A stretch of 64,000 bases of DNA from Chiloscyllium plagiosum (Eukaryota): assembly GCF_004010195.1 (NCBI RefSeq), contig NC_057718.1:67052732-67116731 (forward strand), in the 5' to 3' direction. Shown one piece after another: positions 1-12,996 of this stretch. A program made the translations under genes and the position numbers. The notes beneath the pieces are model-generated. The model was not told the origin of the DNA and ran no database searches. It was given only the letters and a program-made list of their open reading frames with translations. Numbering within the stretch: the first letter of the stretch is position 1; each line of letters starts with the position of its first letter.

Positions 1-2830
1 GCGATCCCTGTGGAACATCACTGGTGACAGACTTCCAGACTGAGAAGCAACTCTCCACCATTACTCTCTGTCTCCTGCCATTAAGTGTATCCAATTGGCA
101 AGCTCACCCTGAATCTTTCAGTTTCAACTTTGATCTCCAGCATCTGCAGACCTCACTTTCTCCTGAATCTCATGAAACCTAACTTTACCAATTAGTCTAC
201 GATGTGGAACCTTGCCAAAGGCTTTACTAAAATCCAAATTAATGTCTACTGCTATCCCATCAGCAATCTTTTTGGTTACTTGCTCAAAAAACTCAATCGA
301 GTTTGTGAGACATGGTTTTCTTCACACAAAACCATGCTGACTACCCTTACTCAATTTTTGTCGCTGTGTAAATATCCATAAATCCTATCTCGTATAATCA
401 CCTCCAACAGTTTACCCACAACTGAAGTCAGAATCACAGGTCTTTGGTTTCCCAGTTTCTCCTTACAAACTTTGTTAAACAAAGGCACAACATTAGCCAC
501 CCTCCAGTCATCAGGCACCTCACTCATGGTTATAGATAATGCAAATATTTCTGCAAGGAGTCTTGTAATTTCCTCTCTGGGATACATTAGATCAGGTCCA
601 GGAGATTTACCCACCTTCATATTCTCTCAGACCTCCCGAACTTCCTCTTCTATAATGTGAACTGTTTTTAAAACATCAATGTTTAGTTCTCTGCATTCAT
701 TAGATTCCATTTCTTTCTCCACAGTAAAAACTGACGCAAAATATTCAATTAGTATTTCTCCCATCTCCTGGGGTTCAACATAAATATGACCTCCTTGATC
801 TTTCAGAGGCCCTACCCTCTCTCTAGTTACCCTCTTGCTCTTAATGTATTTGTAGAGTCCCTTTGGATTATCCTTAACCTTATCTGCCACAGCTATCTCA
901 TATTCCCTCTTTGCCTTCCTGATTTCTCTCTTAAGAATGCACCTACACTCTTCATATTGATTAAGAGATTCGACAAAACCAAGCTGTCTATCCTAAAATA
1001 AAATTCTTTTATGCTTGACTAGAACCTCAATACCTCTATTCATCCATTGTTCCTTAATCTTACAATCCTTACCTTTCAGTCTAACAGGAAGACAATGCCT
1101 CTGAACTCTCATCATCACACTCTTGAATGCCTCCCATTTGTCAGATGTCCTTTTACCTGCAACAGTGTAATCAAATCAACTTCTGAAAGTTTCTGTCATC
1201 TGATTAAAACTTTAACTTTTTTGAAAGGCTTATCCTTTTCCATAAGCATTTTGAAACGAATAGAATTATGATTGCTAGACCCAAAGTGCTCCCCCACTTT
1301 TACTTCAGTCACCTGCACTGCCTTATTGCCCAAAAGAAGGTCTAATTTGCTCCTTCTCTAGTGAGAGCATTCACATATCATATTGATAAAGAAATTTTTC
1401 TTGAGCATATTTGACAAATCCTTCACCATCCAAACCTTTGACACTATGGTAGCTCCAGTCAATGTTTGGAAAATTAAAATCCCCCATTATTACAACCTTT
1501 TTATGCTTACACACATCTGAGATCTCCCTACATATTTGTTTGTCAATTTCCCTCTTACTACTGGGGGACCTTTTGTATAATCCCATCAAAATGATCTTTC
1601 CTTTCTTATTTGTAATTTCTACCCATGTATTTTCACTGGATGATTTTTCAGAAATATTTTCCCAAGTTATATCAGTAATGTATTCCTTAATCAAAAAAGC
1701 CATCCCCCATCTTTTCTTGCCTTCTTTTCTGTCCTTCCTATAGCATATAAAACCTGGAATGTGGAGCTGCCAGTCTTGTCCATCTCTCAGCCAGGTTTCT
1801 GTAATAGCTATGACGTCCCAATCCCATGTTCTTAAACATGCCCTGAGTTCATCAGCCTTATCTGTAAGATCCCTTGCATTGAAATAAATGCAGTTTAGCT
1901 TTTCAGAGTTACTACGTACTCTGACTCTCTCTTGTCCTTCTTTTCTAATTGATGGGCTTTCCTCACGTCAGAATCTTCTCCATCAATCCTTCTGTTTACA
2001 TTGCTGCTTAGAATTTCCCCACTCCCTCTCTCTATCAGCATAAAGTCTCCCTTAATGGAATGAACAAATATCTCTGCTAAGACATTGATCCCTTTCCAGT
2101 GTTAGATCCATCCTTTTTGAACAAGTCTTTTCTATCCCAAAAGATATGCAATCGTCCAAAAACCTGAATCCCTGAACAATACATCAGCCCTTCAGCCACT
2201 GATTTATTTCCTTTCACCTTTTGTTCCTTCCCTCTTTTGAGTTTGGGATTGGGAGTAAACCAGAAATTACTACTTTTAAGGCCCCCTTTTTTAAATCTTC
2301 TACCTAACCTCTTAAAATCACTCTACAGCTTTAATTTTTTCCCTAAAAATGTCAATCCTAACAATGTGCACAATAATTACTGGCTTCTCAATCTCACCTT
2401 TAACAATATGCTTGAAATATTTAGAGGTGTCTTAGTCCTAACACCAGGAATGCAACAAACCATTCTAAATTTAAGCTCATTGCCACAGATTCTCCTGTCT
2501 ATGCCCCTGATAGGAGAGTCTCCGATAACAATAATTCTATTAAATCTTGTCAAACGCTGTCTAACCTAAAAATCATTCCAAGTGTCCAAAACTGACCGCC
2601 CCTTCCATTTTCCGCACAGAGACTATCCCCTTCTACAGTTCCAAAAATTAAATATCTATTTGATAAAGAAATAGCCTCCGGTGACTTTTGAACTATCTTC
2701 TTAGCTTTTCCGACAGTCACTTATCTATCTGACTGATCTTGCAATGTAATACCTTTTCTAAATCTACTAGCCATCTCACTCTGTATTTCACATGTGCCCT
2801 TAATAATACTAAGCTGAAAAAAAGGATGTT
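1..2830 (-). mobile_element. Decayed CR1 LINE (ORF1 esterase, APE endonuclease, start of RT); runs off the window start
   Basis: Minus-strand peptides: IVIGDS..MVCCIPG (~2440-2535), CIYFNAR (~1880), GDFNFPNIDW (ORF 1371-1703), KSPGPD and VPDDWRVANVVPLF (ORF 351-620). Many stops and frameshifts. Confidence 0.88.
117..161 (+). mobile_element. Short PLE 3' end inserted in the CR1
   Basis: tgatctccagcatctgcagacctcactttctcct terminus. TSD cctgaatct at 108-116 and 162-170. Confidence 0.75.
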
Positions 2831-2883
2831 TCAATAACACCTTTTATGTAAAATAAACTATCTTTCATTACCTAAAGGATGTG

Positions 2884-3206
2884 GGTGGCACGGTGGCACA
2901 GTGGTTAGCACTGTTGCCTCACAGCGCCAGAGACCCGGGTTCAATTCCTGCCTCAGGCGACTGACTGTGTAGAGTTTGCACATTCTCCCCGTGTCTGCGT
3001 GGGTTACCACCTGGTGCTCCGGTTTCCTCCCATAATCCAAAAAATGTGCTGGTTAGGTGAATTGGCCATGCTAAATTGCCCGTAGTGTTAGGTGAAGGGG
3101 TAAATGTAGGGGAATGGGTCTGGGTGGGTTACGCTTTGGCGGGTCGGTGTGGACTTGTTGGGCCAAAGGGCCTGTTTCCACACTGTAAGTAATTTAATCT
3201 AATCTA
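2884..3206 (+). mobile_element. HE1-type tRNA-derived V-SINE, full length
   Basis: A box tggcacagtgg, B box gggttcaattcc, V-domain gagtttgcacattctccccgtgtctgcgtggg, (taatc)n tail. Confidence 0.9.
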
Positions 3207-3237
3207 AAAAAAAATGTTATAAAGAAAAAAAAATCAT

Positions 3238-3612
3238 CTTTAATAAATTCCACGAAGAAAAAAAGTCTTCCCCAAAGCCAATCACGTGTAGGACTCTCCA
3301 GAACGAAGAGACAGTTCCTTATTGAAAAGAAACTTCAGTTTTTCAAAAGAATCCTTTTCAATGTAAAAAAAACCTTCTAAAACACATACAGACATTTTTA
3401 ACTTCTGAATTTAGAAATAAAAAAGCCTCAGCCATTCACTGTAGACCACATAAAGACCATAAATGTGTTTTAGAAGGTTTCTTTTACATTGCAAAGGATG
3501 TTTTTGTAAAACAAACTTTTTTTTTAAATAAGGAGTCGTCTTTTCGTTCTGGAGAGTTCTATACATAATTGGCACTAGAGAAGATTTTTTTATTTGAGGA
3601 ATTTATTGAAGA
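3238..3612. repeat. Imperfect inverted repeat, ~150-bp arms and ~75-bp spacer
   Basis: 3238-3387 (..ctctccagaacgaa..aaccttctaaaacacat) is the reverse complement of 3463-3612 (atgtgttttagaaggtt..ttcgttctggagag..). Confidence 0.8.
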
Positions 3613-4134
3613 GGCGTCTTTTTTAAATCCAGTTCATCAGCTAAGTGGTTAATTAAACATAGTTGGTTTAAAAAAAACACAAATTTTGATTTGTTTGGTT
3701 TTGTTTGTTTTTTTTTGAATGTTAATGAAACAAAATTAATAGAAATTTTATATTAGTAAACTATAATGACTGTAATAATCTTTAAAAAAGCTATAATTAA
3801 TCTTCAACTAAGCTTGCTTCCATTCCAAAGGTAGCATCTCCCATAAAGACATTTAGCCACTGAGACAGTCAGGGTAAACCGACATGAGATTCTTGCCAGA
3901 AATTCAGTGGTAATGATCAATATCATGTATTTTTTTCCAAGATCAAATCCCTGCATGGCTGTAGATGAGTGTTTACAGCCATTCAGATGATCTAAAAAAT
4001 CTTGGGACTTCATTCAGTTGGTTTTATTTGCAATGACTATTAATGGACCCTAAACTCAGAATCAATGAACCTTTGTATATGGATGAGTTTGGAGTCTCTG
4101 TAGTTTGCCTTTTACCCAGATATATAACCTTTAA

Positions 4135-4529
4135 AACACAAATTTTGTGGCCTCCTCTATATTGGGGAGACAGGCCGCCTACTTGCAGAGCGATTCAGAG
4201 AGCACCTCTGGGCCACCCGGACGAACCAACCCAACCACCCTGTAGCACAGCATTTCAACCCCCCCTCCCACTCCACCGAGGATATGCAGGTCATTGGACT
4301 CATCCACCGCCAAACCACAACAAAACGACGGTCGGAGGAGGAGCGTCTTATCTTCCGACTGGAAACCCTCCAACCNNNNNNNNNNNNNNNNNNNNNNNNN
4401 NNNNNNNNNNNNNNNNNNNNNNNNNNNNNNNNNNNNNNNNNNNNNNNNNNNCTGACCTGCTGTGCTGTTCCAGCAATAAAGTTTCAACTTTGATCTCCAG
4501 CATCTGCAGACCTCACTTTCTCCTCGAAG
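4135..4529 (+). mobile_element. 5'-truncated PLE with GIY-YIG endonuclease fragment (spans an N gap)
   Basis: CGLLYIGETGRLLAERFREH..PVAQHFN..LIFRLETLQP, PLE 3' terminus, TSD atataacctttaa at 4122-4134 and 4530-4542. Confidence 0.88.
4376..4451. other. Assembly gap
   Basis: Run of N. Confidence 1.
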
Positions 4530-5169
4530 ATATAACCTTTAATGCATAGCATAGTAAAACATTTGTGCCGATGTGTCCACCTTCTTCAGGCATAGAACAC
4601 ACACAGATGCAAATTACTTTAGCAGTGTAATTGAAACAATGTGCTTATTGACACTAATAATGTAAAATGACTTTCCTCTCATCTATTTGAACTTGGACCC
4701 TCATCATTGTCATTACTGGGGTTGGTTTCATTTGCAGCCTTGACACTGCAAACACTGCAAGAGTTGCTAAATGCACGACAAATATTAGTCATATGTAAGA
4801 GCTGGCCCCTTTTAAATTGTTTTCTGGTTCTGGAATCCTTACTGAATGAACCTATAGTATTCACAGTACATAGGGATTGCAAACCCTGTTGGCTGCAGTC
4901 ACCAGCTTGATGATAACGCCTGCTAATTCAGGCTCTGTGAAATTATACTCATGACCTTTAGCTCGATAGCAACTGACAAGATGGTCTTTAGAATTAATTG
5001 GCTCATGTCAAAAAGACATGGATTTGAGCCTCAGGACATAGAAATTGAGCTTAACTTGAAGTTGGTCATGTGATGTAGACCTGGGTTTTGCAGGATCCTT
5101 CTGCAATGAGGCCAGAAGTGTTAGGGCAATGTAAGCTTTTGTTACTGTTGTGAAAGGGCTTCAGATCCC

Positions 5170-5355
5170 TGTAACGACCTTGTCATGTTGTCATAGTGCA
5201 ACTCATCATTGATTAAATAGATTGGACAGAGTCCAAACATACTGGAATTCTACACTGTGGAAGATATACATGAGCACATTGGGTGTCAAGGACTCTCCAT
5301 GTGTAAATAAAGGGCGACTTAGTGACAGGACACCTGCCTCTGTGGAGTTATTTCA
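5170..5355 (+). mobile_element. Possible short solo LTR
   Basis: TGTAA...TTTCA termini with aataaa near 5306. No clear TSD. Confidence 0.35.
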
Positions 5356-5609
5356 ATAAGATGCAATCAATCATGCCATACATAAATGCAGAGTAGGGTG
5401 GTCAGCAGCAGTAGTTCTGCAAACATAGCCAGTGAATTTTCCAATGTCTATGTCAAGCACCTCAAAGCTGGGAGAATTCAGAATCCAACAATCTCTATCA
5501 CTATCAACACATTGTGTTCTATTAAGCTCTGTAATTGTTAGTACCATGTACACATATGCACTTACCAAATTAGGATCACTTAAACAATAATGTAGTTCAT
5601 CTCATATTA

Positions 5610-5850
5610 GGTTGCATGAGTACCACATGGGAGCTGGGGCACACCCAATGATCCACAGCAATCACATCTGTATTAAGTGTCTGCAACTTTAGGAACTTAG
5701 GCATAGAATTGATGAACTGGATGCCGAGCTTTAAATAGAGAGATGAACCAGGGAGGGGAAGTCTACCTAGATTCTTTATTTCAGAAGACAGTCACACATC
5801 TTTGGCTTTGAGTTTCAGATTTTGTTAGTGATCAGAGACAGGAATGTATG
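5610..5850 (+). mobile_element. CR1 ORF1 N-terminal remnant
   Basis: HICIKCLQL*ELRHRIDELDAEL, a zinc-finger/coiled-coil pattern typical of CR1 ORF1. Confidence 0.6.
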
Positions 5851-6462
5851 GTTGTTTGGACCAGTCCAAATACCCTTAAAATATTGAGAAGGTAGTCTAG
5901 ACCTTAACCTTTCCTTATTTTAAGGGTAAATGTACAGTATTGCATTCCAGATGCAATTTGATTGGGCAACCTACTGGATTTAAAGCAAAACACACTTTAT
6001 TCATCCACTATAGTTAAAAGAGAGAAGGAATTGGAATAACATAACTCTATTGGAAAACTTAACAGAATAATAGATACAATAACTATTACTAATTAATTGT
6101 TCCAATATAGTAACATCCCATAAACACACTCTTGGAAAAAGGCAAATTAAGAAAACAGATTGGCTCACGTGCAACTCCAGTAGCAGGAAGAGAACCCCTA
6201 GCTTTTGGCTGTAACTCAGAGAGGGAAAAAAAAGTTTCCACTTCTTCAAGACCCCAACAGCAACTGCTGAAAGCTAAAGCTGAAAATCCTGGTTCAGTGG
6301 GAGCTTGACCCCACACATTGAGGCTGCTTCTATTGTTACAACTTTAAAAAGCCAAGGCCTCATAAGCTGTTTACTCCAGTGGCTCTTGTAGATTGCTTGG
6401 CACTTCTGTGTTGAAACCTCTCTCCAATAAATAAAACAGGACAAAAGCTAAAAGGTTCGTTT

Positions 6463-6502
6463 TCAGACGTTTCGTTACCTTATTCGATAATATCATCAGT
6501 GA
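6463..6502 (-). ncRNA. Minimal hammerhead ribozyme-like motif
   Basis: Minus strand UCA-CUGAUGA-U-[AUUAUC gaauaa GGUAAC]-GAAACGUC-UGA. Helix I UCA/UGA. Confidence 0.6.
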
Positions 6503-6820
6503 GCCTCCAGATGAAGCTCTGGTGACACGGCCCGCTTTCTATTTATGTGTTTAGGTTTCCTTGGGTTGGTGATGTCATTTCCTGTGGTGACATAATTTCT
6601 TGTTCTTTTTCTCAAGGGGTGGTAATTGGATCCAAGTCAATGTCTTTGTTGATAGAGTTCCGGAACTCTATCAACAAGCACATTGACTTGGATCCCATTT
6701 ACCACTCCCTGAGAAAAATAACAGGAAATGATATCACCACAGGAAATGACATCACCAACCCAAGGAAATCTAAACACATAAATTGAAAGTGGGCTACACC
6801 ACCAGTGCGTCATCTGGAGG

Positions 6821-6861
6821 CTCACTGATGATGTTGCCTAGTATGGTGGCGAAAGGTCTGA
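6821..6861 (+). ncRNA. Minimal hammerhead ribozyme-like motif (mutated helix III)
   Basis: UCA-CUGAUGA-U-[GUUGCC uaguau GGUGGC]-GAAAGGUC-UGA. Confidence 0.55.
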
Positions 6862-7417
6862 AAATGAGCCTGCAAGCTCAGTGAGCAAAACTACATCTAG
6901 AACCTCAACCTGAGCTACACATCTTCTCAAAACAAGCTAATACTTCTTAAAGCCACAGTATGATCCCGTGGTTTTAGAAGCTAGCTTCACATATAACACC
7001 ACAGACATACCCAAGCCTATCACCATGTTGATTCATTTAGCTTGATAAACCATCTGTCTGTGACAATATCATAAAGTACACATAATATAATTCAAATATT
7101 ATCATCTCTAAGGTATATTGGCACCTCCTGATTAGCAGTGTCTGAAAATATCTAGCCAGTGTTGCACACTTGTCTAATTGAAGCTAGTTGTCTCCTGATG
7201 TGGAGGGTTTATAGAGGGATTTTCAGCCAGGAATGTAGTGTATTGCTTATATCATTACCAATGAGCCAGCAATCCATGTGTGTTTGATTAGTTATCAGTC
7301 ATGATTTTACTGAGTAATTGATAAATCTAGTTAGACTTATCAATTTTTTAATTCAAAATCTCTATTATGTTCAATTTGCTAGAGGTGTTAAAAGTCTTGA
7401 AGGGTCTGGACAGATTA

Positions 7418-7535
7418 TGTTTTGAAGATGCCGGTGTTGGACTGGGGTATACAAAGTTATAACGCACATAACCACCTGATGAAGGAACAGTGCTCTGAAA
7501 GCTAGTGCTTCCGAATAAACCTGTTGGAGTATAAC
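7418..7535. mobile_element. Short inverted PLE insertion with a hammerhead-like motif (7476-7504, +)
   Basis: TSD tctggacagatta at 7405-7417 and 7536-7548. Minus-strand 3' end joined to plus-strand ccacCTGATGAaggaacagtgctctGAAAgcta. Confidence 0.8.
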
Positions 7536-8659
7536 TCTGGACAGATTACATATGGAATAATTATTCACACTGGTGGAAGAATTGACATCCGAATGGAACA
7601 GATTTATGTTAATCGGCAAAAGAAACAATGGTTTCACTCTGGTTAAGATTGGGAATGTATTGCCTGAAACGGCTATTTTTCTTTTTCACTGCCTGCTGCA
7701 CAGATATAATCAAAGATGTGTTTCCTGAGCTATTTAAACAAATTGATCCTTGAGCCTGGAATAACTTTTCTAAGTCACTTTGACAGTTATCTGAAAGATC
7801 GAATATGCTATCCATCCTTTAAGCACCTTTGGTATTTTTAAATCTAATTATTGAAAGAAAGCTTTTTTTTATTTGCAATTTCACATTCATTCACCATTTT
7901 AAAAATATTTTTATTTCATTTACTGTTTCTTTCACAACCAGAAGTACATCTTTCTCCTCACTATCCTCCCTGTCATATATCTATTTAGCATATTAACATG
8001 ACACGCTCACTGGGATACTCATAATTCACAACATCTTGTCTCCAGCAACAAAATTCAAATATTAGCCTTTTTATTTGCTTTAGTTTTCACTGTTTGTTCA
8101 ACATTTCAAGTGCTTTTTAGGGAACTCACATGCTTTGGTTAGTTTCTCTCTGAAACCTGAAACATAGGTTGGAGACATATTCCTCCGAGCTTTGATTAAA
8201 AATTTCTCTTTATCATTTTAAGGGTTTCTCCCACTTCATTTCCAAATAACAGTTCAAAAGCACTACATCCTGTGGAGCCCATTAGGGGCATTCCTCATAG
8301 CAAACAGTAACAAGGAATCCTAACCATTAGGACATTCCTGATAATATCCTCTACTCTTCCAACATTTGATGCCATCTCTCCAATGCTCCTTGAGATTGTG
8401 GATGATAAACCGAAGATATAACTTATTTTATTCTCATATTTCTTTGAATATTTGTGACACAAAATTTGAACCTCCTTTTTTATTCAATTCGCAGTCATAG
8501 TCCACACACAGTCCAGAGGCTTCAACATGGTCAATCATCCACGAAGGATGCTCATGGTCAGTGGAAATGTCCCAGTACAATCTGAGAAGTGCTCAGTAAT
8601 CTGTCCTGTTGGGCTATCACAAGCAGTCAGGGGTATTACATATTTCCAGTAAGGGTGAT

Positions 8660-9065
8660 CTATAAACAGTCACTCTCTCAACCACCGATGCTCAGCAGTA
8701 GCAATGTGTACTATTTACAAAATGCACTTCAGAAATTCACCAACAATCCTTAACAGCTCCTTCCAAACACACAACCACTTCCATTTAGATGGACAAGGGC
8801 AGCAGAAAAATGGAACCCCACTCCTGAAAATTCCCCTCCAAGCCACTCACCATCCTTATTTGGAAATATATCAACATTCCTTCAGAGTCATTCGATCTAA
8901 ATCCTGGAACTCCCCACATTGCCGAACAAACTTGTGAGTCTACCCACAAGGACATGGACTGCAGCAGTTTAAGGCAGCAACTCGCCATCACTTTCTCAAG
9001 GGCAATTAAGGGAGGGCAATAAATGCTGGCCAAGACAGCAACACCCACATCTCATGAGCAAATTA
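8660..9065 (+). mobile_element. 3' end of a CR1/L2-group LINE (same family as 12030-15560)
   Basis: Shares aaatcctggaactccc and gggcaataaatgctggcc with 15410-15545. Confidence 0.75.
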
Positions 9066-11282
9066 AAAAGATAACAGTGGTCAAGGATCTGGTCAGTCAT
9101 GCCTAGGGCTACTCATCAAGGTTTTTCAGTCTAAAGTTCCAAGCTTTGATCATTCAGGAGAGTCCGGTAGGGACAATAGTGCATGGGGAACAGAGGTGCC
9201 AAGTAGAGGTAGGATTATTGATGGTGATGGGAGCAAGTATGTGGAATAACATCAAAGCACACTCCTTTACCATCATTAACACTCCATTTGTCCTTTCAAG
9301 CACCCTTATCATCTCCTCAACTGTTCCTCTTCCCTCTCTGTTGACAGCACAAAAATATCCATTTTCCAGATCCTTTCAGTTCCAAGAAAGAGACATACTG
9401 AACTTGAAATATTAACTCTGTTTCTCTATCCACAGATGCTATCAAAACTACTGAGTTTCTCTGGCATTTTCTCTTTTCATTTCAGATTTCCAGCATCAAC
9501 AGTATTTTCCTTTTATTTGGATGGGTAATTGTCAGATTGATAGGAGAAAGCACAGGGCTCCATGTTTGCTGGACAACAGGACGTTGTAGCAACAAATACA
9601 TGAAAAGCCCAATTTAATTTGCAGTTGTTTCATCACCTATTTGCTGTGCATGCAGAGAGAAGGTGTTTAGGAGTCAGATGTTGATTGAAGGTAATTTGCA
9701 ATATGCCAATGGGGCTTGAAAATTGGACTTGGCCATTTCAGTGATGTGAAAGTTAGCAGAAATGATGTTACAAAATGCCAATGCTGGCTGAAGGTGAGAC
9801 TCTATTTGTCCAACTTTCAAGCATCTTGTGTGGGCTAGGGGAATGAATACAAGCCCAGGAGCAGCACCAGGCTGCTGCAGAGGACAAATGGCAGCAAGCT
9901 GAGAGGGAAACTGTAGCTTCAGAGCCCCTCAGGATGCAAGTAGAGTGCAGAAGGCCCAGAGTTTTCCACATTGTAGGGATTTCATGAATTTATGACGCTA
10001 TGACAAGCTCATAAGCATTCAGCATTGATTTTTGTAAGTTTCATAGTCTGCGGATTGTGCCCTGACAAACTGGCAGATACTTTCATAGCTGTACCTGTCA
10101 AAATACTCTGTAACACTAAAGTCCAAATATCTTTTGGCACTCTGCCTGCCCAGCTTCCTGTTTTATGTCCAATACCTACATGCATCCATTACTTTAAAAG
10201 AAACATGGATCTCTCCTAGGTTCAATAAATACCAATCTGTCAAGGTGCCCCCATCTGTTACGATGCCAGCATCAATGTACAATATAATTGAATGTACACT
10301 AAAGGAACAGACCAGTTGGATAACCAGCTTGTGTTGGGATTTATGCTCCTTGCAAGCCTTTAATTTTAAATAAATGATATTACATTGCAATAGTTACATC
10401 TAATCTTATATTTCCTCTGATGACAATAGAGTTGTTTCCAATTTATCTAAAACCAATTCTGACCATAAAATGTACATGCTTAGATTCAGGAATGGTTCAC
10501 CTGAATCATCCATTATGACTTGATATGATTTGATTTGATTTATTATCACTTGTATTCTAGGTAAAATACAGGTAAAAGCTTCAACTGTTGTCACAATCCT
10601 GTGCTATTTGAATACTTCTAGAATAAAAAGTCAAAGCTGAAAGAAAGTCCATCTTCACTCTGCCGCTTCCACCATGAATTCTGAGCCCTGAGCCAGCTGA
10701 CCAATGACACCCACATTGCCATTTGCACTGGACCCACCAACATCAGAATTACCATTCTTCAGGCACTCATCTCTTTGTTGCTTTGCCAATCCCACTGATG
10801 CTGGGTCCTGTGCTGGACCTACACTTGCCCTGCCAACAGGAGCCCCAGCTCTGATGCTGCTGCTGCCTCATCAATACCTGAAGTCTCTGTTCCAGGCCCA
10901 CCAGGACCATGAGTCCTTGGCTTCGTTCTAGCCACTGTATCGTCAATGCTTGAAGTCTCACTCTGGCCATTCCCCTCCGCGATGCCACCCCCTCTGAGTG
11001 GGATGTTCATGTTCTTCACCCTGGCAGTGATAGATGGAGTGGAGAGGAGGTGTGTGATGGGGAGAGTGTGGGAAATGTGGGTGAGGACGAAGGCAGAGAG
11101 AGGAGGAGAGGAGGGAGAGAGGGTGGTAGTGGATTGATAGACGGGGGGGAATGAGGTTGAGGAGGGAAAGTTGTGGTGGAACTTAACAACTACAACACAT
11201 AGGATGGCTATCCAGATTATGGATTATTTATAATGCAAGAATAAGAATTGTTGTTAGGATAGCGTATGCAACACACCCATAA

Positions 11283-11705
11283 CAGGAACAAACACAGAGA
11301 ATGCTGGAGAAACTCAGCAAGTCGGCAACATCTGTGGAGAAATTAGTTTTTGAGTCCAGTATGAATTCTTCAGAACTGAATGGTGTTGGAAAATGGTGTT
11401 GTAATGGTACTTTGTACAGAGACAGGGGAAAAGCAAGAGAGCAGATGGTGTAGAGTTCTGGTGCAAAAGACAAAGGGGTTGTTAATGATAGAGAAAGAAA
11501 AATAAAGATGTAAAATGTGTGTAAATTAAAGACATACTGCAGCCCTGCTGAGTTTTTCCAGCTTTCTCTGTGTTTGTTTTAGATTTCCAGTATCCTCAAT
11601 TATTTCAAACAAAAACAAAAATTACTGGAGAAACTCAGCAGTTCTCGTAGCATCTGTGGAGAGAAAGCAGAGTCAACATTTCAGATCCAGTGAACTGTTT
11701 TTGCT
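11283..11705. mobile_element. Degenerate PLE-derived short elements in inverted arrangement
   Basis: aatgctggagaaactcagc / gctgagtttttccagc termini. Related old copies at ~9376-9520, 22050-22212, 28720-28830, 31120-31220 and 33585-33677. Confidence 0.55.
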
Positions 11706-12996
11706 TTTATACACCCATAACTGGCTTTCATTTAACTAAAATTATTAACTGCTATATGCACTCTGAAAAATTATTGCATGTAATTTGTCTTCTTGATTTG
11801 AAGATTTTCACTCAGTACTGTGAAGATATTATAAGATTACTGAATAATATTGAACAAAGGATTGTTGCTATATGTTTTATTACGTTTTTTGACAAGAACA
11901 AAGAGAGCAAAATGAAAGGTGTCTTTTAAAAGATACAACTAAGACAAAAGAAGCACTCATTATAAAGAAGTGCAAAACTTAAATCAAAGTGAAACGTAAT
12001 GAGAAGGCATCATGATCAATGCTTTGTCATGGGGAAGATTACATCAATGAGAAAATACTTGTATTTTACTTCTCTTATGATAGTTTGTAGAAGTTTGTAT
12101 CTTTCCAAACCTCTTCCAAAGTTGCAATATGTCACATCCAGTCATGAATAGCAATGGACAATTAAACAAACAGCTGGAGCAGGAGGGACCACAAATAATC
12201 CTAGCACATAAGTGCAAAAGATAAGGTGGAAGCATTTGTAGTAATCTTCAGTCAGAAGTGCCAAGTGGATGATCCATCCCAGCATCCTCCAATGGTCTCC
12301 AGCTTCATAGGTATTAGTCTTCAGCCAATATCACGTGGAGCCACATGATATCAAGAAACCATTGGAGGCACTGGGTAGTGCAAAGGACTACTTGCCCTAA
12401 CAATGTTTTGGCAATTGTACTGCATAATTGTATTCCAGAACTTGCCACTTCCAAGACCAAGCTCTTCAAATACATTTACAACACTAGCATCTTCCCAACA
12501 ATGTGGAAAATTGCCCAGATATGTTATGTGCATAAAAAGCAGAATAAGTCCAACCCAGTCAATTGCCACTCCATCAGTCTACACTTCATCATCTGTAAAG
12601 TGATGGAAGGTGTCATTAACAGTACTATCAACCAGCACCTGCTCAGCAATAACCTGCTCAGTGACACCCAGTTTGGGTTTCACCAGGGCCAGTCAGTTCC
12701 TGATTTCATTGGAGCCTTGGTTCAAACATGGACAAAAGAATTGAATTCCAAAGATGAGATGAGAGTAACAGCCCTTGACATCAAAGTTGATAAGTGGCAA
12801 GTAACATTGTGCCACACAAATGCCGCTATGACCATCTGATAAGAGACAATCGAACCATGGTCCTTTGAATTCAATGCTGTTATCATCGCTGAAGCCCCTC
12901 TTCAACATCCTGGGGGTTACCATTGAACGAAACTCAACTGGATTCGCCACATAAACACAGTGGCTACAAAAGCAAGTCAGAAGCTAGGAATACTGT

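Larger units (their letters stand above)
6452..6935. mobile_element. Palindromic (fold-back) PLE-derived element
   Basis: ~210-bp arms centred without spacer at 6661/6662 (gatagagttcc|ggaactctatc). Each arm carries a hammerhead-like motif. aagctaa flanks both sides. Confidence 0.8.
5855..6965 (-). mobile_element. Probable solo LTR, interrupted by a palindromic PLE
   Basis: Non-coding LTR-like block with a minus-strand polyA signal (tttatt ~5996). Sequence resumes after the 6452-6935 insertion. Confidence 0.45.

Noticed and set aside
2884..2960. tRNA gene candidate
   Set aside because: The A/B boxes continue into the HE1 SINE body, so it is a SINE head.
9540..10080. Possible Harbinger transposase 5' relic
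   Set aside because: Resemblance too weak to support.
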